A DNA stretch of 41,394 nt from Desulfovibrionaceae bacterium. GTDB lineage: Bacteria; Bacteroidota; Bacteroidia; Bacteroidales; Tannerellaceae. Shown one piece after another: positions 26,559-35,827 of this stretch. Both the position numbers and the translations under genes were made by a program. Within the stretch, counting starts at the first letter, position 1. Each line of letters opens with the position of its first letter. The stretch is taken from contig CAVJTV010000002.1 of assembly GCA_963652435.1 (NCBI GenBank), forward strand, positions 1 to 41,394, in the 5' to 3' direction. The notes beneath the pieces were generated by a model. It did no database searches, was not told the DNA's origin, and worked only from the letters and a program-made list of their open reading frames with translations.

Positions 26559-27848
26559 TTATTCCTTATGATGATGCCACAAACCCCACTGAACAAGTCC
26601 ACGCAAGGCGAGGTACGCGATGAACGCCATCCACAGGGCATGATTGCCCATTGCATCCCGACACATATAATATAAGGTAAAGAACGCGGCAGAGGCGACG
26701 AGCATAGAGCGGAGCATGGCGCGTGTGGCAGTAGCCCCGATGAGTATGCCGTCCCAGAGGAATGCCGCGAAGCCGGCAAGGGGCACAGCCAGTACCCAAG
26801 CATAGTATGCCGCTGCCGAGCGGACGACCGTGGCGTTGTCGGTAAGCAGTGAGAGGAACGCTTTGCCGCCGAGGGCATAGAGCACGGTGAAGAGGAGCGA
26901 GAGCACCCACCCCCAACGAAACAGGCGGCTTACCATGCGCCTCAGCCCCTCGTCGTTGTGCGCACCCACATAACGTCCCGTCAAGGCTTCGCCGGCGTAG
27001 GCAAAGCCGTCCATCACGTAAGAGAAAAGAGTGAAGAGCTGCATCAGTAAGGTGTTTACTGCCAACACCACATCGCCCTGCCGCGCTCCCGAGGAAGTAA
27101 AGAAGACCGTCACTGCCACAAGGCAGAGTGTGCGGAGGAAGATGTCTCTGTTCACACGAAAGAAACGAGACATTGCCCCGCTCGTCAACACATCTTTCAC
27201 CCTTACCCGTATCTTTCTTAGCCGTCCGTAGTAGCGCAGCCAGAGAAGCCACGCCATGACGAGCCCTGCGTACTGGGCGATGAGGGTGCCGCAAGCTACC
27301 CCTTCTATCTTCATGCCGCATACGTAGACGAGCACAAGGCTTGCCACGATGTTAACGATGTTTTGTGCCACAGCAATGAACATAGGGAAGCGGGAGTTCT
27401 GCATACCGACGAACCAACCGACAAAGCCATATAGTCCTAATACAGCCGGAGCACCCCATACGCATATGCTGAAATAGAGCGTAGCGGCACGGCGCACCTC
27501 GCATGAGGCATCGATGAAATGAAACGCAAGCACACGTATGGGATACTGAAGCAACAAGAGGGCGCACGCCGCGAGGAGACCCACGCCCACTGCTCGCAGC
27601 AAGATGCAGACCGCCTCACGCAGGTCGCGCCGCCCAAGTGCCTGAGATGTCATGCCGCTCGTGCCCATACGGAGGAAGCCAAACAGCCAGTAGATGACGT
27701 TGAAGAGCATCCCGCCAACGGCAATGGCACCTATGTAAGACGCAGAGCCCAAATGCCCCACGATGGCAACGTCGATAAGCCCCAAGAGGGGGACGGTTAC
27801 ATTAGATATGATGGAAGGGATTGCAAGGCTGAGGATTCTCCTGTTCAT
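26559..27848 (-). CDS. MATE family efflux transporter (DinF-like)
   Basis: LAIPSIISNVTVPLLGLIDVAIVGHL, GFLRMGTSG, many TM helices. Confidence 0.92.
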   Translation of the reverse strand: MNRRILSLAIPSIISNVTVPLLGLIDVAIVGHLGSASYIGAIAVGGMLFNVIYWLFGFLRMGTSGMTSQALGRRDLREAVCILLRAVGVGLLAACALLLLQYPIRVLAFHFIDASCEVRRAATLYFSICVWGAPAVLGLYGFVGWFVGMQNSRFPMFIAVAQNIVNIVASLVLVYVCGMKIEGVACGTLIAQYAGLVMAWLLWLRYYGRLRKIRVRVKDVLTSGAMSRFFRVNRDIFLRTLCLVAVTVFFTSSGARQGDVVLAVNTLLMQLFTLFSYVMDGFAYAGEALTGRYVGAHNDEGLRRMVSRLFRWGWVLSLLFTVLYALGGKAFLSLLTDNATVVRSAAAYYAWVLAVPLAGFAAFLWDGILIGATATRAMLRSMLVASAAFFTLYYMCRDAMGNHALWMAFIAYLALRGLVQWGLWHHHKE

Positions 27849-27895
27849 AACGAAGTCTTTTCTCTCTGCTCGGGGAGGGCGCGCGGAAGGTCTCG

Positions 27896-29662
27896 CTAAT
27901 CCGCCATCAGCTTAAACTCGTTTTTCAACTTGGCAAGGATGGGGTTTACACTGACAAGATATGCGTATTTCTCTGCCGCCGTGTATGCCAAGTGCTTGTC
28001 GTTCGCCTCCGTAACACGCACCAGCATCTCTACGTGAGTGTTCTTCAGCTCGCTGCGTAAGTATTGCAGCAGGTCCGCGCTATTACTGACAAGCTCTTCT
28101 CTCTGACCGGGGTTATACACGCACACCTCGAAGGCAGCACCTTCTTTCAGCGTAGGCTTACAGTTGATCATCGTGTTCTTGAGATACACCTTCTGCCCTA
28201 TCCTCTCACTCGCTGCGTAAGCATCCCATAAACGCAAAAGATCTTCTTCGGTGAACGAAGCCGAGCTGTCTGCTGCGGGCTCGGGCAGGCTCTGCGCGGC
28301 TTGCGCCTTAGCTGCGCTGCCTCCCATCTCCTTCAAGGGGATGGACATACGCTGCGGACGAAGAGGCCGCTTTGCCTGAGAATCCTCGGGCACTGTGGGT
28401 ACAGTGGCTGGCGTGGCGTGCGGCTGCGCGCCGGAGGGCTGTGCCGCTGTGGGCATCGCCGTCTGTGCCGAAGCGGGCTTTGCCGCCGTAGCCTGCACCG
28501 CCGCAGCAGATGCCGGAGCAGCTATCGGCTCAATTACTGTTTTTTTTTTATCGTCTGCGGGAAGACCCTGCGCACTCAGTTGGCATAGCTGGATGAGCGT
28601 CAGCTCGAGAAGGAGGCGTTTGTTACGACTGACACGATAGTTCATGTCGCACGAGTTGGCAAGCTCAATTGCCCTATAAAGCAGCTGGTCCGAACACCGA
28701 GCTGCCATCTCCTTATATCTCTCGCGGATCGACGAGCCCACCTCGAAGAGCACCAATGTTGCTTCGTCGCGACATACAAGAAGGTCGCGGAAGTGGGACG
28801 CCAGTCCCGTAATGATGTTCTGCCCGTCGAAACCCCGACCGAGTATCTCGTTAAGCGTCAAGAGGGCTTCGCGCACGTTGGCTGTAAGGACAGACTCCGT
28901 AAGGCGGAAATAGTATTCATAGTCGAGCACGTTGAGATTGTCGATAACAGCACGATAGGTGATGTTGCCCCCCGTGAAACTGACAACCTGGTCGAATATA
29001 GACAGGGCATCGCGCATGCCGCCATCTGCCTTCTGCGCGATAACGTTGAGAGCCTCGGGCTCGGCAGAGACTTGCTCCTCTCTCGCCACGTACTCCAGAT
29101 GCTCCACCATATCATGAATGGAGATTCGTGCGAAATCATATATCTGACAACGCGATAAGATGGTGGGCAACACCTTATGCTTCTCTGTCGTTGCAAGGAT
29201 AAAGAGCGCGTGACGAGGAGGTTCCTCTAACGTCTTGAGAAAGGCATTGAAGGCGGCGGGGCTCAGCATATGAACCTCGTCGATGATGAATACCTTATAA
29301 CGTCCTATCGCCGGCGGTATGCGCACCTGATCGATAAGCAGACGTATGTCGTCAACTGAATTGTTGGAGGCAGCGTCGAGCTCGTGGATGTTATACGAAC
29401 GCCCTTCGTTGAAAGCCTGACACGACTCGCAGGTGTTGCATGCCTCACCGTCCTCGGTAGGGCTCAGACAGTTTATGGTCTTGGCGAAGATACGTGCGCA
29501 CGAGGTCTTGCCCACGCCGCGCGGACCACAAAAGAGGTAAGCATGGGCAAGTTTGCCACTCTGTATCGCGTTACGGAGCGTCGTTGTCAGCGAACGCTGA
29601 CCTACGACACTTCGAAAAGTCGAAGGACGATACTTCCTCGCAGATACCATGTAGCCATCCAT
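27896..29662 (-). CDS. dnaX: DNA polymerase III subunit gamma/tau
   Basis: ARKYRP, GPRGVGKTS, IIDEVHML, AFNAFLKTLEEPP, TILSRCQ; Ala/Pro-rich linker. Confidence 0.96.
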   Translation of the reverse strand: MDGYMVSARKYRPSTFRSVVGQRSLTTTLRNAIQSGKLAHAYLFCGPRGVGKTSCARIFAKTINCLSPTEDGEACNTCESCQAFNEGRSYNIHELDAASNNSVDDIRLLIDQVRIPPAIGRYKVFIIDEVHMLSPAAFNAFLKTLEEPPRHALFILATTEKHKVLPTILSRCQIYDFARISIHDMVEHLEYVAREEQVSAEPEALNVIAQKADGGMRDALSIFDQVVSFTGGNITYRAVIDNLNVLDYEYYFRLTESVLTANVREALLTLNEILGRGFDGQNIITGLASHFRDLLVCRDEATLVLFEVGSSIRERYKEMAARCSDQLLYRAIELANSCDMNYRVSRNKRLLLELTLIQLCQLSAQGLPADDKKKTVIEPIAAPASAAAVQATAAKPASAQTAMPTAAQPSGAQPHATPATVPTVPEDSQAKRPLRPQRMSIPLKEMGGSAAKAQAAQSLPEPAADSSASFTEEDLLRLWDAYAASERIGQKVYLKNTMINCKPTLKEGAAFEVCVYNPGQREELVSNSADLLQYLRSELKNTHVEMLVRVTEANDKHLAYTAAEKYAYLVSVNPILAKLKNEFKLMAD

Positions 29663-29686
29663 ACACTGCTTTTTGTTTGTTGCGGA

Positions 29687-29718
29687 CAAAGGTATGCAAA
29701 ATAATTCATTTACCTTTG
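29687..29718. promoter_or_regulatory. Overlapping divergent -7 elements for dnaX and the FtsB-like gene
   Basis: TACCTTTG on - strand at 29687-29694 and on + strand at 29711-29718. Confidence 0.7.
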
Positions 29719-29741
29719 CGCCTCTGCAACGCGAAGATCTT

Positions 29742-30041
29742 ATGTCACGGCTTAAAGACTTTTACAGCAAATACCTATCGAAAATAAATGCTTACTGGTT
29801 AGTTGTCATCGTGTTCCTCATCGTCACCTTTACAATGGGCGATAGCAGCCTGTATAAGCGCTACACCTACGACGAGAAGATACGCGCCCTCGAGAAGGAA
29901 ATAGACCACTACCGGAAAGAGATAGAGACGAACACCCGAAAGCTTCACAATCTGCGTACCGACAAAGAGGGCCTCGAACGCTTCGCACGCGAAGAATACT
30001 TCATGAAAAAGCCCGGCGAAGACATCTATATAATAAAGTAA
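29742..30041 (+). CDS. FtsB/DivIC family septum formation initiator
   Basis: TM helix, coiled coil, LERFAREEYFMKKPGEDIY. Confidence 0.88.
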   Translation: MSRLKDFYSKYLSKINAYWLVVIVFLIVTFTMGDSSLYKRYTYDEKIRALEKEIDHYRKEIETNTRKLHNLRTDKEGLERFAREEYFMKKPGEDIYIIK

Positions 30042-30046
30042 AGGTA

Positions 30047-30376
30047 ATGGGGGAGAAAACGAGAAACGTCGTCTTCAGCATTTGCGGAGTGCTTACGGTG
30101 CTCGGCGCGGCACTGTACCTCGCCGCGTGGCAGGTGTCACAGTATATGTTTGCCGTAGGGGCTGCCGGTGTGGCGGTATGCTTCCTCACGCAGCCCACCG
30201 ACGGCATGACGCTACGCCGCCGTCGGCTTCATCGCTTCAACGTCGTTGCCTCGCTGCTGATGCTCGCAGCTTCCTACTTTATGTTCAAAGGCAAAACGGA
30301 ATGGATACTATGCCTCACCATTGCCGCTATCTTCCTCCTCTACTCCTCCTTTGCGTCTGGCGGGGACGATAAGTGA
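30047..30376 (+). CDS. Four-TM hypothetical membrane protein
   Basis: Hydrophobic helices separated by LRRRRLHR; starts 5 nt after the FtsB-like stop. Confidence 0.75.
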   Translation: MGEKTRNVVFSICGVLTVLGAALYLAAWQVSQYMFAVGAAGVAVCFLTQPTDGMTLRRRRLHRFNVVASLLMLAASYFMFKGKTEWILCLTIAAIFLLYSSFASGGDDK

Positions 30377-30434
30377 CGCGTCTTTCGCCCTCTCCCTAAG
30401 GAGGGAAAAACCGGCTCGGAAAGAAGGGCAAAAA

Positions 30435-30543
30435 CTGCTTGCTAAGTAGACCGAAAACTACTTAGTAAGTAGGCACTCGTCTACTTAGTAAGTAGACACC
30501 CCATCTACTTAGTAAGTAGACAGACCTCTACTTAGTAAGTAGA
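30435..30543. repeat. Array of 15-bp palindromes CTACTTA-G-TAAGTAG with variable 8-9 bp spacers
   Basis: Perfect copies at 30458, 30481, 30505, 30528; degenerate copy at 30435; period 23-24 bp. Confidence 0.93.
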
Positions 30544-30970
30544 TTTTCACCCCCTCGAGAACGCGTTCTGAGGCTGCTCGGGGAGCTCCTCCCCCACTAC
30601 TTCTCCTGACGGTTTGCACATACATCAAATGGTTAAAAATCGGTATTGCCCGACGTGCGATAATGCTTCACCTTTGGGGGCGTTATGCTTTCGTCGGGAT
30701 AAGACGGGAAAGCAGATAAACGAAGGAACGAGATATCATGAGAAAAACAACATATACTTTCTGCGGCTCGCGTTTGCACAAAGCTTATAAAAGAAACGTG
30801 CAAGATCTTGGGGACACTGCCTACAACCCCTTGGCGAGCCGCTTTCATTTTGAACCAAAACTTTCATCTATTTTTTTGAAGGAAATATCGCGCGAGTGCT
30901 TACTTTCGCGCTACGATAAAGCATCCCTTGCAGGTGATGCTTTTTATGTGTAACAATTTAAACATTAGTT

Positions 30971-33900
30971 ATGTTGAAGAACTTCAAATTTGTAAGTTTG
31001 TTGTTGCTGGCGGGTGCTCTTGGTTTCTCCGGGCACGTAGAGGCAAAAGCTGAAGCCGCAACAAGCATCTCTCAACAGAGTGGAAGAGTTGAGGGGACTG
31101 TGGTAGACGAGCTCGGGCCAATTGCCGGCGCGTCGGTAGTAGTTAAAGGTACGACTAATGGGATCATGACCGACATGGACGGTAAGTTCCTGTTAGACGG
31201 CGTAAAGAAGGGGGATATCATTCAGGTATCCTTTGTTGGTTATGCTACGCAGGAGGTGACATACACAGGCGAAGCATCCATGAAGATTGTCCTCAGGGAG
31301 AGCTCGCAGGCGTTGCAAGAAGTTGTCGTCACCGCTATGGGTATCAAACGTGAGTCGAAGACGTTGGCATACTCGGCACAAACGGTAGGAGGCAAAGAGC
31401 TTAACGAGAACAAGAACGTCAACGTGATTAACTCCTTGCAAGGAAAGAGTGCGGGACTGCAGATCACCCCTAATTCGACGGGAGCCGGAGGAGCTTCTAA
31501 AATACTGTTCCGTGGTAATAAGTCGATCAGTGGAAGCAACCAACCGTTGATTGTTGTGGATGGTGTCCCTCTGATGATGAACGTCTCCGACTCGCAGATA
31601 GACGGCAACTACGGGGGACAGCATGACGGTGGTGACGCAATGTCTACGATCAACCCCGACGACATCGCACAGATCACCTTACTGAAAGGTGCGTCGGCTG
31701 CTGCCCTTTACGGTGCGGTCGCCGCTAACGGTGCGATCATGATCACGACGAAGTCGGCAGAGTCGGGTAAAGTGGCAATAAACGTATCAAGTAACACTAC
31801 GATAGAAAACGCCACGTCGCTGCCGAAGTTCCAAAACAGCTACGGCATGAGTGATGCAGGTACTTTCAGTTGGGGCGACAAGCTCTCCTCGAAAGCGTCG
31901 AACTATGCAAAGGACTTCTATCAGACCGGCTACACGACAAACAACTCGATTTCTTTGGCAGGCGGTAGCGACAAGATCTCGTCGTACTTCTCCTACGCCA
32001 ACGTATCGTCGAACGGCATTATTCCCGAAAACACTTACATGAGCCATAACCTCTTGGCTAAGGTCGGCTTTAATGTATTCAAGAAACTGCACGTCGACGC
32101 GAGTGCCCGCTACAACACGCAGCGCATCAAGAACCAACCTACAGCAGGTTATCTTCGTAACCCGCTTACGGGTGCCTACTTGTTCCCGAGGGGAGAAAAC
32201 TGGGATGAGTATAAAAACAACTATGAGGTCTACGACGCGGCACAAAACATCAACGTTCATAATTGGACTAACACAGTGCAGGAGCAGTTCTCTAATCCCT
32301 ATTGGATTCAGAACCGTCAAGAGCAGAACTCGAACCGCAACCGCTATGAGTTTGGCGGATCTGTCAAGTATGACATCATAGAGGGTCTTTCGGCAACAGG
32401 TCGTTTCCGTTACGAGCGTGGCGACGAAGACTGGACGGAGAACGATTACGCATCGAGTACGGCAGGACGCGACAAGATGGGTACTATGAAGAACGACCGC
32501 ATCTTCAGTGAACAGGCTTACGCCGACGCTATGTTGCAGTACAACAAGACGTGGAACGAGCTCCACTCTTTAGCGGTAACAGTCGGTGGCAGCTACACCA
32601 AGACGAAGGGCTCGAGCATTACCCTCGCAGGTGAAGGTGATAAAGTGTTCGCTGTAAACGACGGTGTAGTAACGCCGGGTGCCTACTACCCGAACATCTT
32701 CATCCCTACTAACTACTATCGCGTGGAAACGAAGATGTCGCTGACAAGAAAACGCTTGAACTCAGTGTTTGCAACAGCTCAGTATGGATACAAAGACGGT
32801 CTCTTCGTCGACGTGAGTGCCCGTAACGACTGGTCGTCGGCATTAGCTTACACAGACGGTATGTCTTTCTTCTACCCGTCGGTGGGCGTCAGTGCCCTAC
32901 TCGACAAGTTCATCAACTTCGGTAAGAACGTGGACTTGTTCAAGCTCCGCGCCTCCTACTCCGTAGTAGGTAACGACGTACCTGTTTACGCATCGAACGT
33001 ACGCTATACTATCGGCGACCAAGGCTCCTTGACGCCTCCAAGCGAAGCTCCGTTCCGTACGCTGCAGCCGGAGAAGACGAACTCATTGGAAGTGGGCTTT
33101 GACGGAACATTCTTCCAGAACCGCCTCGACGTGAACCTGACCTACTACAAGACAAACACGAAGAACCAATACTTTGTGGTGACAGCCCCGTACGAGACAG
33201 GACTGAAGAACCGTTACGTAAACGCCGGTAACATAGAGAACCAGGGATTTGAGGTCAGCTTAGGGTGGCATCAACAGTTTACTGACGCATTCAGCTGGAG
33301 CACGAAGTATAACTTCTCTTACAACAACAACAAGGTGATTGAGCTGATTGATGGACTGTCAGACGGACTAACGCTCCTTAGCTACTGCACCGGCGCGTCG
33401 GTAATCTTGCGGGAAGGTGGTCACTATGGCGACCTTTACGTTCGCGACTTGGCGCGCGACGAGAACGGCACACCGATAAAGAACGAGAATGGAGCACCGG
33501 TGCTTGCAGGTTCCGACGTGAAGGACCTCACCTATGTCGGGGACATGAATGCAAAGGTCAACATGGGATGGACAAACACGTTTCACTATAAAGACTTCAC
33601 ACTGTCTTTCCTCATCGATGCAAAGGTAGGCGGCAAAGTGATGTCGATGACTGAGGCAACGCTTGACGGCTGGGGCGTATCAGAACGTTCGGGTGCTGCC
33701 CGTGATGCCGGCGCTGTTGTCTACGACGGCGTGTCGTTCGACCCGAAAGCTTTCTACACAACCGTAGGTGGTACGAGCTACAACTCCGATATGGCAACGG
33801 CTCTGTATGTATACGATGCAACCAATGTTCGTATGCGGGAGATGTCGTTCGGCTACACGTTCCGCGATCTCTTCGGTGCAGGGAAGAACTTGAACGCGTC

Positions 33901-34051
33901 GTTGATAGGACGCAACTTGTTTTTCTTCTATAAGGATGCACCAATGGACCCCGACGTGTCGATCGGCACAAGCAATGGATGGCAAGGTGTTGATATGTTC
34001 TCGTTGCCGTCTTCTCGTAGTTTCGGTTTGAACTTAAAGCTTAACTTCTAA
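30971..34051 (+). CDS. SusC/RagA family TonB-dependent outer-membrane transporter
   Basis: Signal peptide, N-terminal extension, plug motifs NQPLIVVDGVP and INPDDIAQITLLKGASAAALYG, C-terminal LKLNF. Confidence 0.96.
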   Translation: MLKNFKFVSLLLLAGALGFSGHVEAKAEAATSISQQSGRVEGTVVDELGPIAGASVVVKGTTNGIMTDMDGKFLLDGVKKGDIIQVSFVGYATQEVTYTGEASMKIVLRESSQALQEVVVTAMGIKRESKTLAYSAQTVGGKELNENKNVNVINSLQGKSAGLQITPNSTGAGGASKILFRGNKSISGSNQPLIVVDGVPLMMNVSDSQIDGNYGGQHDGGDAMSTINPDDIAQITLLKGASAAALYGAVAANGAIMITTKSAESGKVAINVSSNTTIENATSLPKFQNSYGMSDAGTFSWGDKLSSKASNYAKDFYQTGYTTNNSISLAGGSDKISSYFSYANVSSNGIIPENTYMSHNLLAKVGFNVFKKLHVDASARYNTQRIKNQPTAGYLRNPLTGAYLFPRGENWDEYKNNYEVYDAAQNINVHNWTNTVQEQFSNPYWIQNRQEQNSNRNRYEFGGSVKYDIIEGLSATGRFRYERGDEDWTENDYASSTAGRDKMGTMKNDRIFSEQAYADAMLQYNKTWNELHSLAVTVGGSYTKTKGSSITLAGEGDKVFAVNDGVVTPGAYYPNIFIPTNYYRVETKMSLTRKRLNSVFATAQYGYKDGLFVDVSARNDWSSALAYTDGMSFFYPSVGVSALLDKFINFGKNVDLFKLRASYSVVGNDVPVYASNVRYTIGDQGSLTPPSEAPFRTLQPEKTNSLEVGFDGTFFQNRLDVNLTYYKTNTKNQYFVVTAPYETGLKNRYVNAGNIENQGFEVSLGWHQQFTDAFSWSTKYNFSYNNNKVIELIDGLSDGLTLLSYCTGASVILREGGHYGDLYVRDLARDENGTPIKNENGAPVLAGSDVKDLTYVGDMNAKVNMGWTNTFHYKDFTLSFLIDAKVGGKVMSMTEATLDGWGVSERSGAARDAGAVVYDGVSFDPKAFYTTVGGTSYNSDMATALYVYDATNVRMREMSFGYTFRDLFGAGKNLNASLIGRNLFFFYKDAPMDPDVSIGTSNGWQGVDMFSLPSSRSFGLNLKLNF

Positions 34052-34065
34052 AACATTTTATCCCT

Positions 34066-35730
34066 ATGAAACTAAATAGATTTTTGAAATATACAGTTGC
34101 ATCAGCTTTGGCAGTAACAGGTGTGATGTGTGTCAACAGCTGTACAAGCGACTTCGAAGAGTTGAACACGAATCCTTACGAAGTAGACCCGACGACGCTG
34201 CCCTTCTCGTCGCAGTTCAAAGAGCCGTTCTCTTATGTATATGCTCCTCAACAGAACATGTTTCAGTTTTGGACGAACCTGAGCATCGACTTATTCGGCG
34301 GTTACTTCATGACTCCTCATAACTTCGGCGGCTCCGGTAACGTGCAGTATAACCTCAACCGCAACTTCTGTGGCGGCATGTATGAGAATGTTTACTCTCA
34401 TATCTTCAATAACACGCGTACACTGATTGCCTCATGCGATGAGAAAGGCTTTAAGGACTACGCCGGTATGATGCGTGTCGTGCAGGCTTACGCCATCTCG
34501 ATGTTGACGGATGCCTACGGTCCTATTGCTTACTCTTCCGTTATCGAGGACCCGACAAACGGAGTCTCGTTTGCTTACGACACACAGGAGCAGATCTACA
34601 ACTCGCTGTTCACCCTACTCGATGAAGCAATTGCAGGCTTCAAGAGCAGCACCTCCGACAAGTCGGCAATGACATCTTTCGACTATTGGTGCGGAGGCGA
34701 CATGGATATGTGGATCAAGGTCGCCAACCAATTCAAGTTGCGCTTTGCTATGCGTATCGTTAAGGCAGACCCTTCGTTGGCAAAACAAAAAGCTGAGGAA
34801 GCAGTTGCCGGTGGTGTCCTCACGTCGTCGGACAAAGACGTACTGATCAACCAGGGATTGACAAACGAGATGTACCGTATGTACTACTCGTGGCAAGACT
34901 GCGGTACAAACGCCAACCTTGTCACCATCATGGAAGGTATGAACGACCCTCGCCTCCCTCTTTACCTGACAAAGAATATGGGCGACATCACATGCGAAGA
35001 CGGCTCAGTGATTGCAGCTGATACTCGTTATCTTGGTATCCGTCCCGGGCACGACCTGGTGTCGAAGCCGAATCAATACACGAACTATTCTTATATAGTG
35101 GCTGAATACACCACCCCGTTGCCCGTCATGTTTGCTGCCGAATCATATTTCCTGCGTGCCGAGGGTGCGTTGCGCGGCTGGAACATGGGCGGAACGGCAA
35201 AAGATCTCTATGAAGAAGGTATCCGTACCTCCATCAAGCATCAGCTGTCATACAAAGGCTCGTTTGCAGGTATTACCGCTATCTCCGACGATGTGATCGA
35301 GGAGTACATCAACAACACCTCGACACAGGAAGACTTGGTTGATCCCGTAAACAGCAACTACAACCATAAGGCGTTGAACAACGTCGGCACGAAATGGAAC
35401 GAAAGTGCATCCAACGAAGAAAAGCTGCAACAGATTATCCTGCAGAAGTGGATCGCGAACTTCCCGCTTTCGACAGAAGCTTGGGCAGAATACCGTCGTA
35501 CCGGTTACCCGAAACTGTTCCCGAATATGGTCAACAACAGCAACAACACCATAGACACAGACGAACAGATCCGTCGCCTTATATATTCTAAAGATGAAGT
35601 CAACACGAACAATGCCGAGATGCAGAACGGTATCGTTCTGCTTAACCAGGAGAACACAAGCACGAAGTTCTCAGGTGATATAGGTGGTACTCGTGTATGG
35701 TGGGATCAGGCAGGTAAGGGGAACTTCTAA
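34066..35730 (+). CDS. SusD/RagB family nutrient-binding lipoprotein
   Basis: Lipobox-like NSCT-SDFEELNTNP, TDAYGPIAYS, EAWAEYRRTGYP, TRVWWD; directly follows the SusC gene. Confidence 0.94.
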   Translation: MKLNRFLKYTVASALAVTGVMCVNSCTSDFEELNTNPYEVDPTTLPFSSQFKEPFSYVYAPQQNMFQFWTNLSIDLFGGYFMTPHNFGGSGNVQYNLNRNFCGGMYENVYSHIFNNTRTLIASCDEKGFKDYAGMMRVVQAYAISMLTDAYGPIAYSSVIEDPTNGVSFAYDTQEQIYNSLFTLLDEAIAGFKSSTSDKSAMTSFDYWCGGDMDMWIKVANQFKLRFAMRIVKADPSLAKQKAEEAVAGGVLTSSDKDVLINQGLTNEMYRMYYSWQDCGTNANLVTIMEGMNDPRLPLYLTKNMGDITCEDGSVIAADTRYLGIRPGHDLVSKPNQYTNYSYIVAEYTTPLPVMFAAESYFLRAEGALRGWNMGGTAKDLYEEGIRTSIKHQLSYKGSFAGITAISDDVIEEYINNTSTQEDLVDPVNSNYNHKALNNVGTKWNESASNEEKLQQIILQKWIANFPLSTEAWAEYRRTGYPKLFPNMVNNSNNTIDTDEQIRRLIYSKDEVNTNNAEMQNGIVLLNQENTSTKFSGDIGGTRVWWDQAGKGNF

Positions 35731-35788
35731 CAGTCCATATCCCATTCCTTCTCGCCTCGGGGAGCAGATGCCCACCTTCGCGAGAAGC

Positions 35789-35827
35789 AACAAAAGCCCC
35801 GCAGGACAATCCTGCGGGGCTTTTGTT
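35789..35827. terminator. Bidirectional intrinsic terminator
   Basis: AACAAAAGCCCCGCAGGA-CAA-TCCTGCGGGGCTTTTGTT perfect stem between convergent genes. Confidence 0.9.

Noticed and set aside
30738..30953. 71-aa ORF upstream of susC
   Set aside because: No motifs, and it overlaps the probable susC promoter and leader hairpin; not supportable as a CDS.
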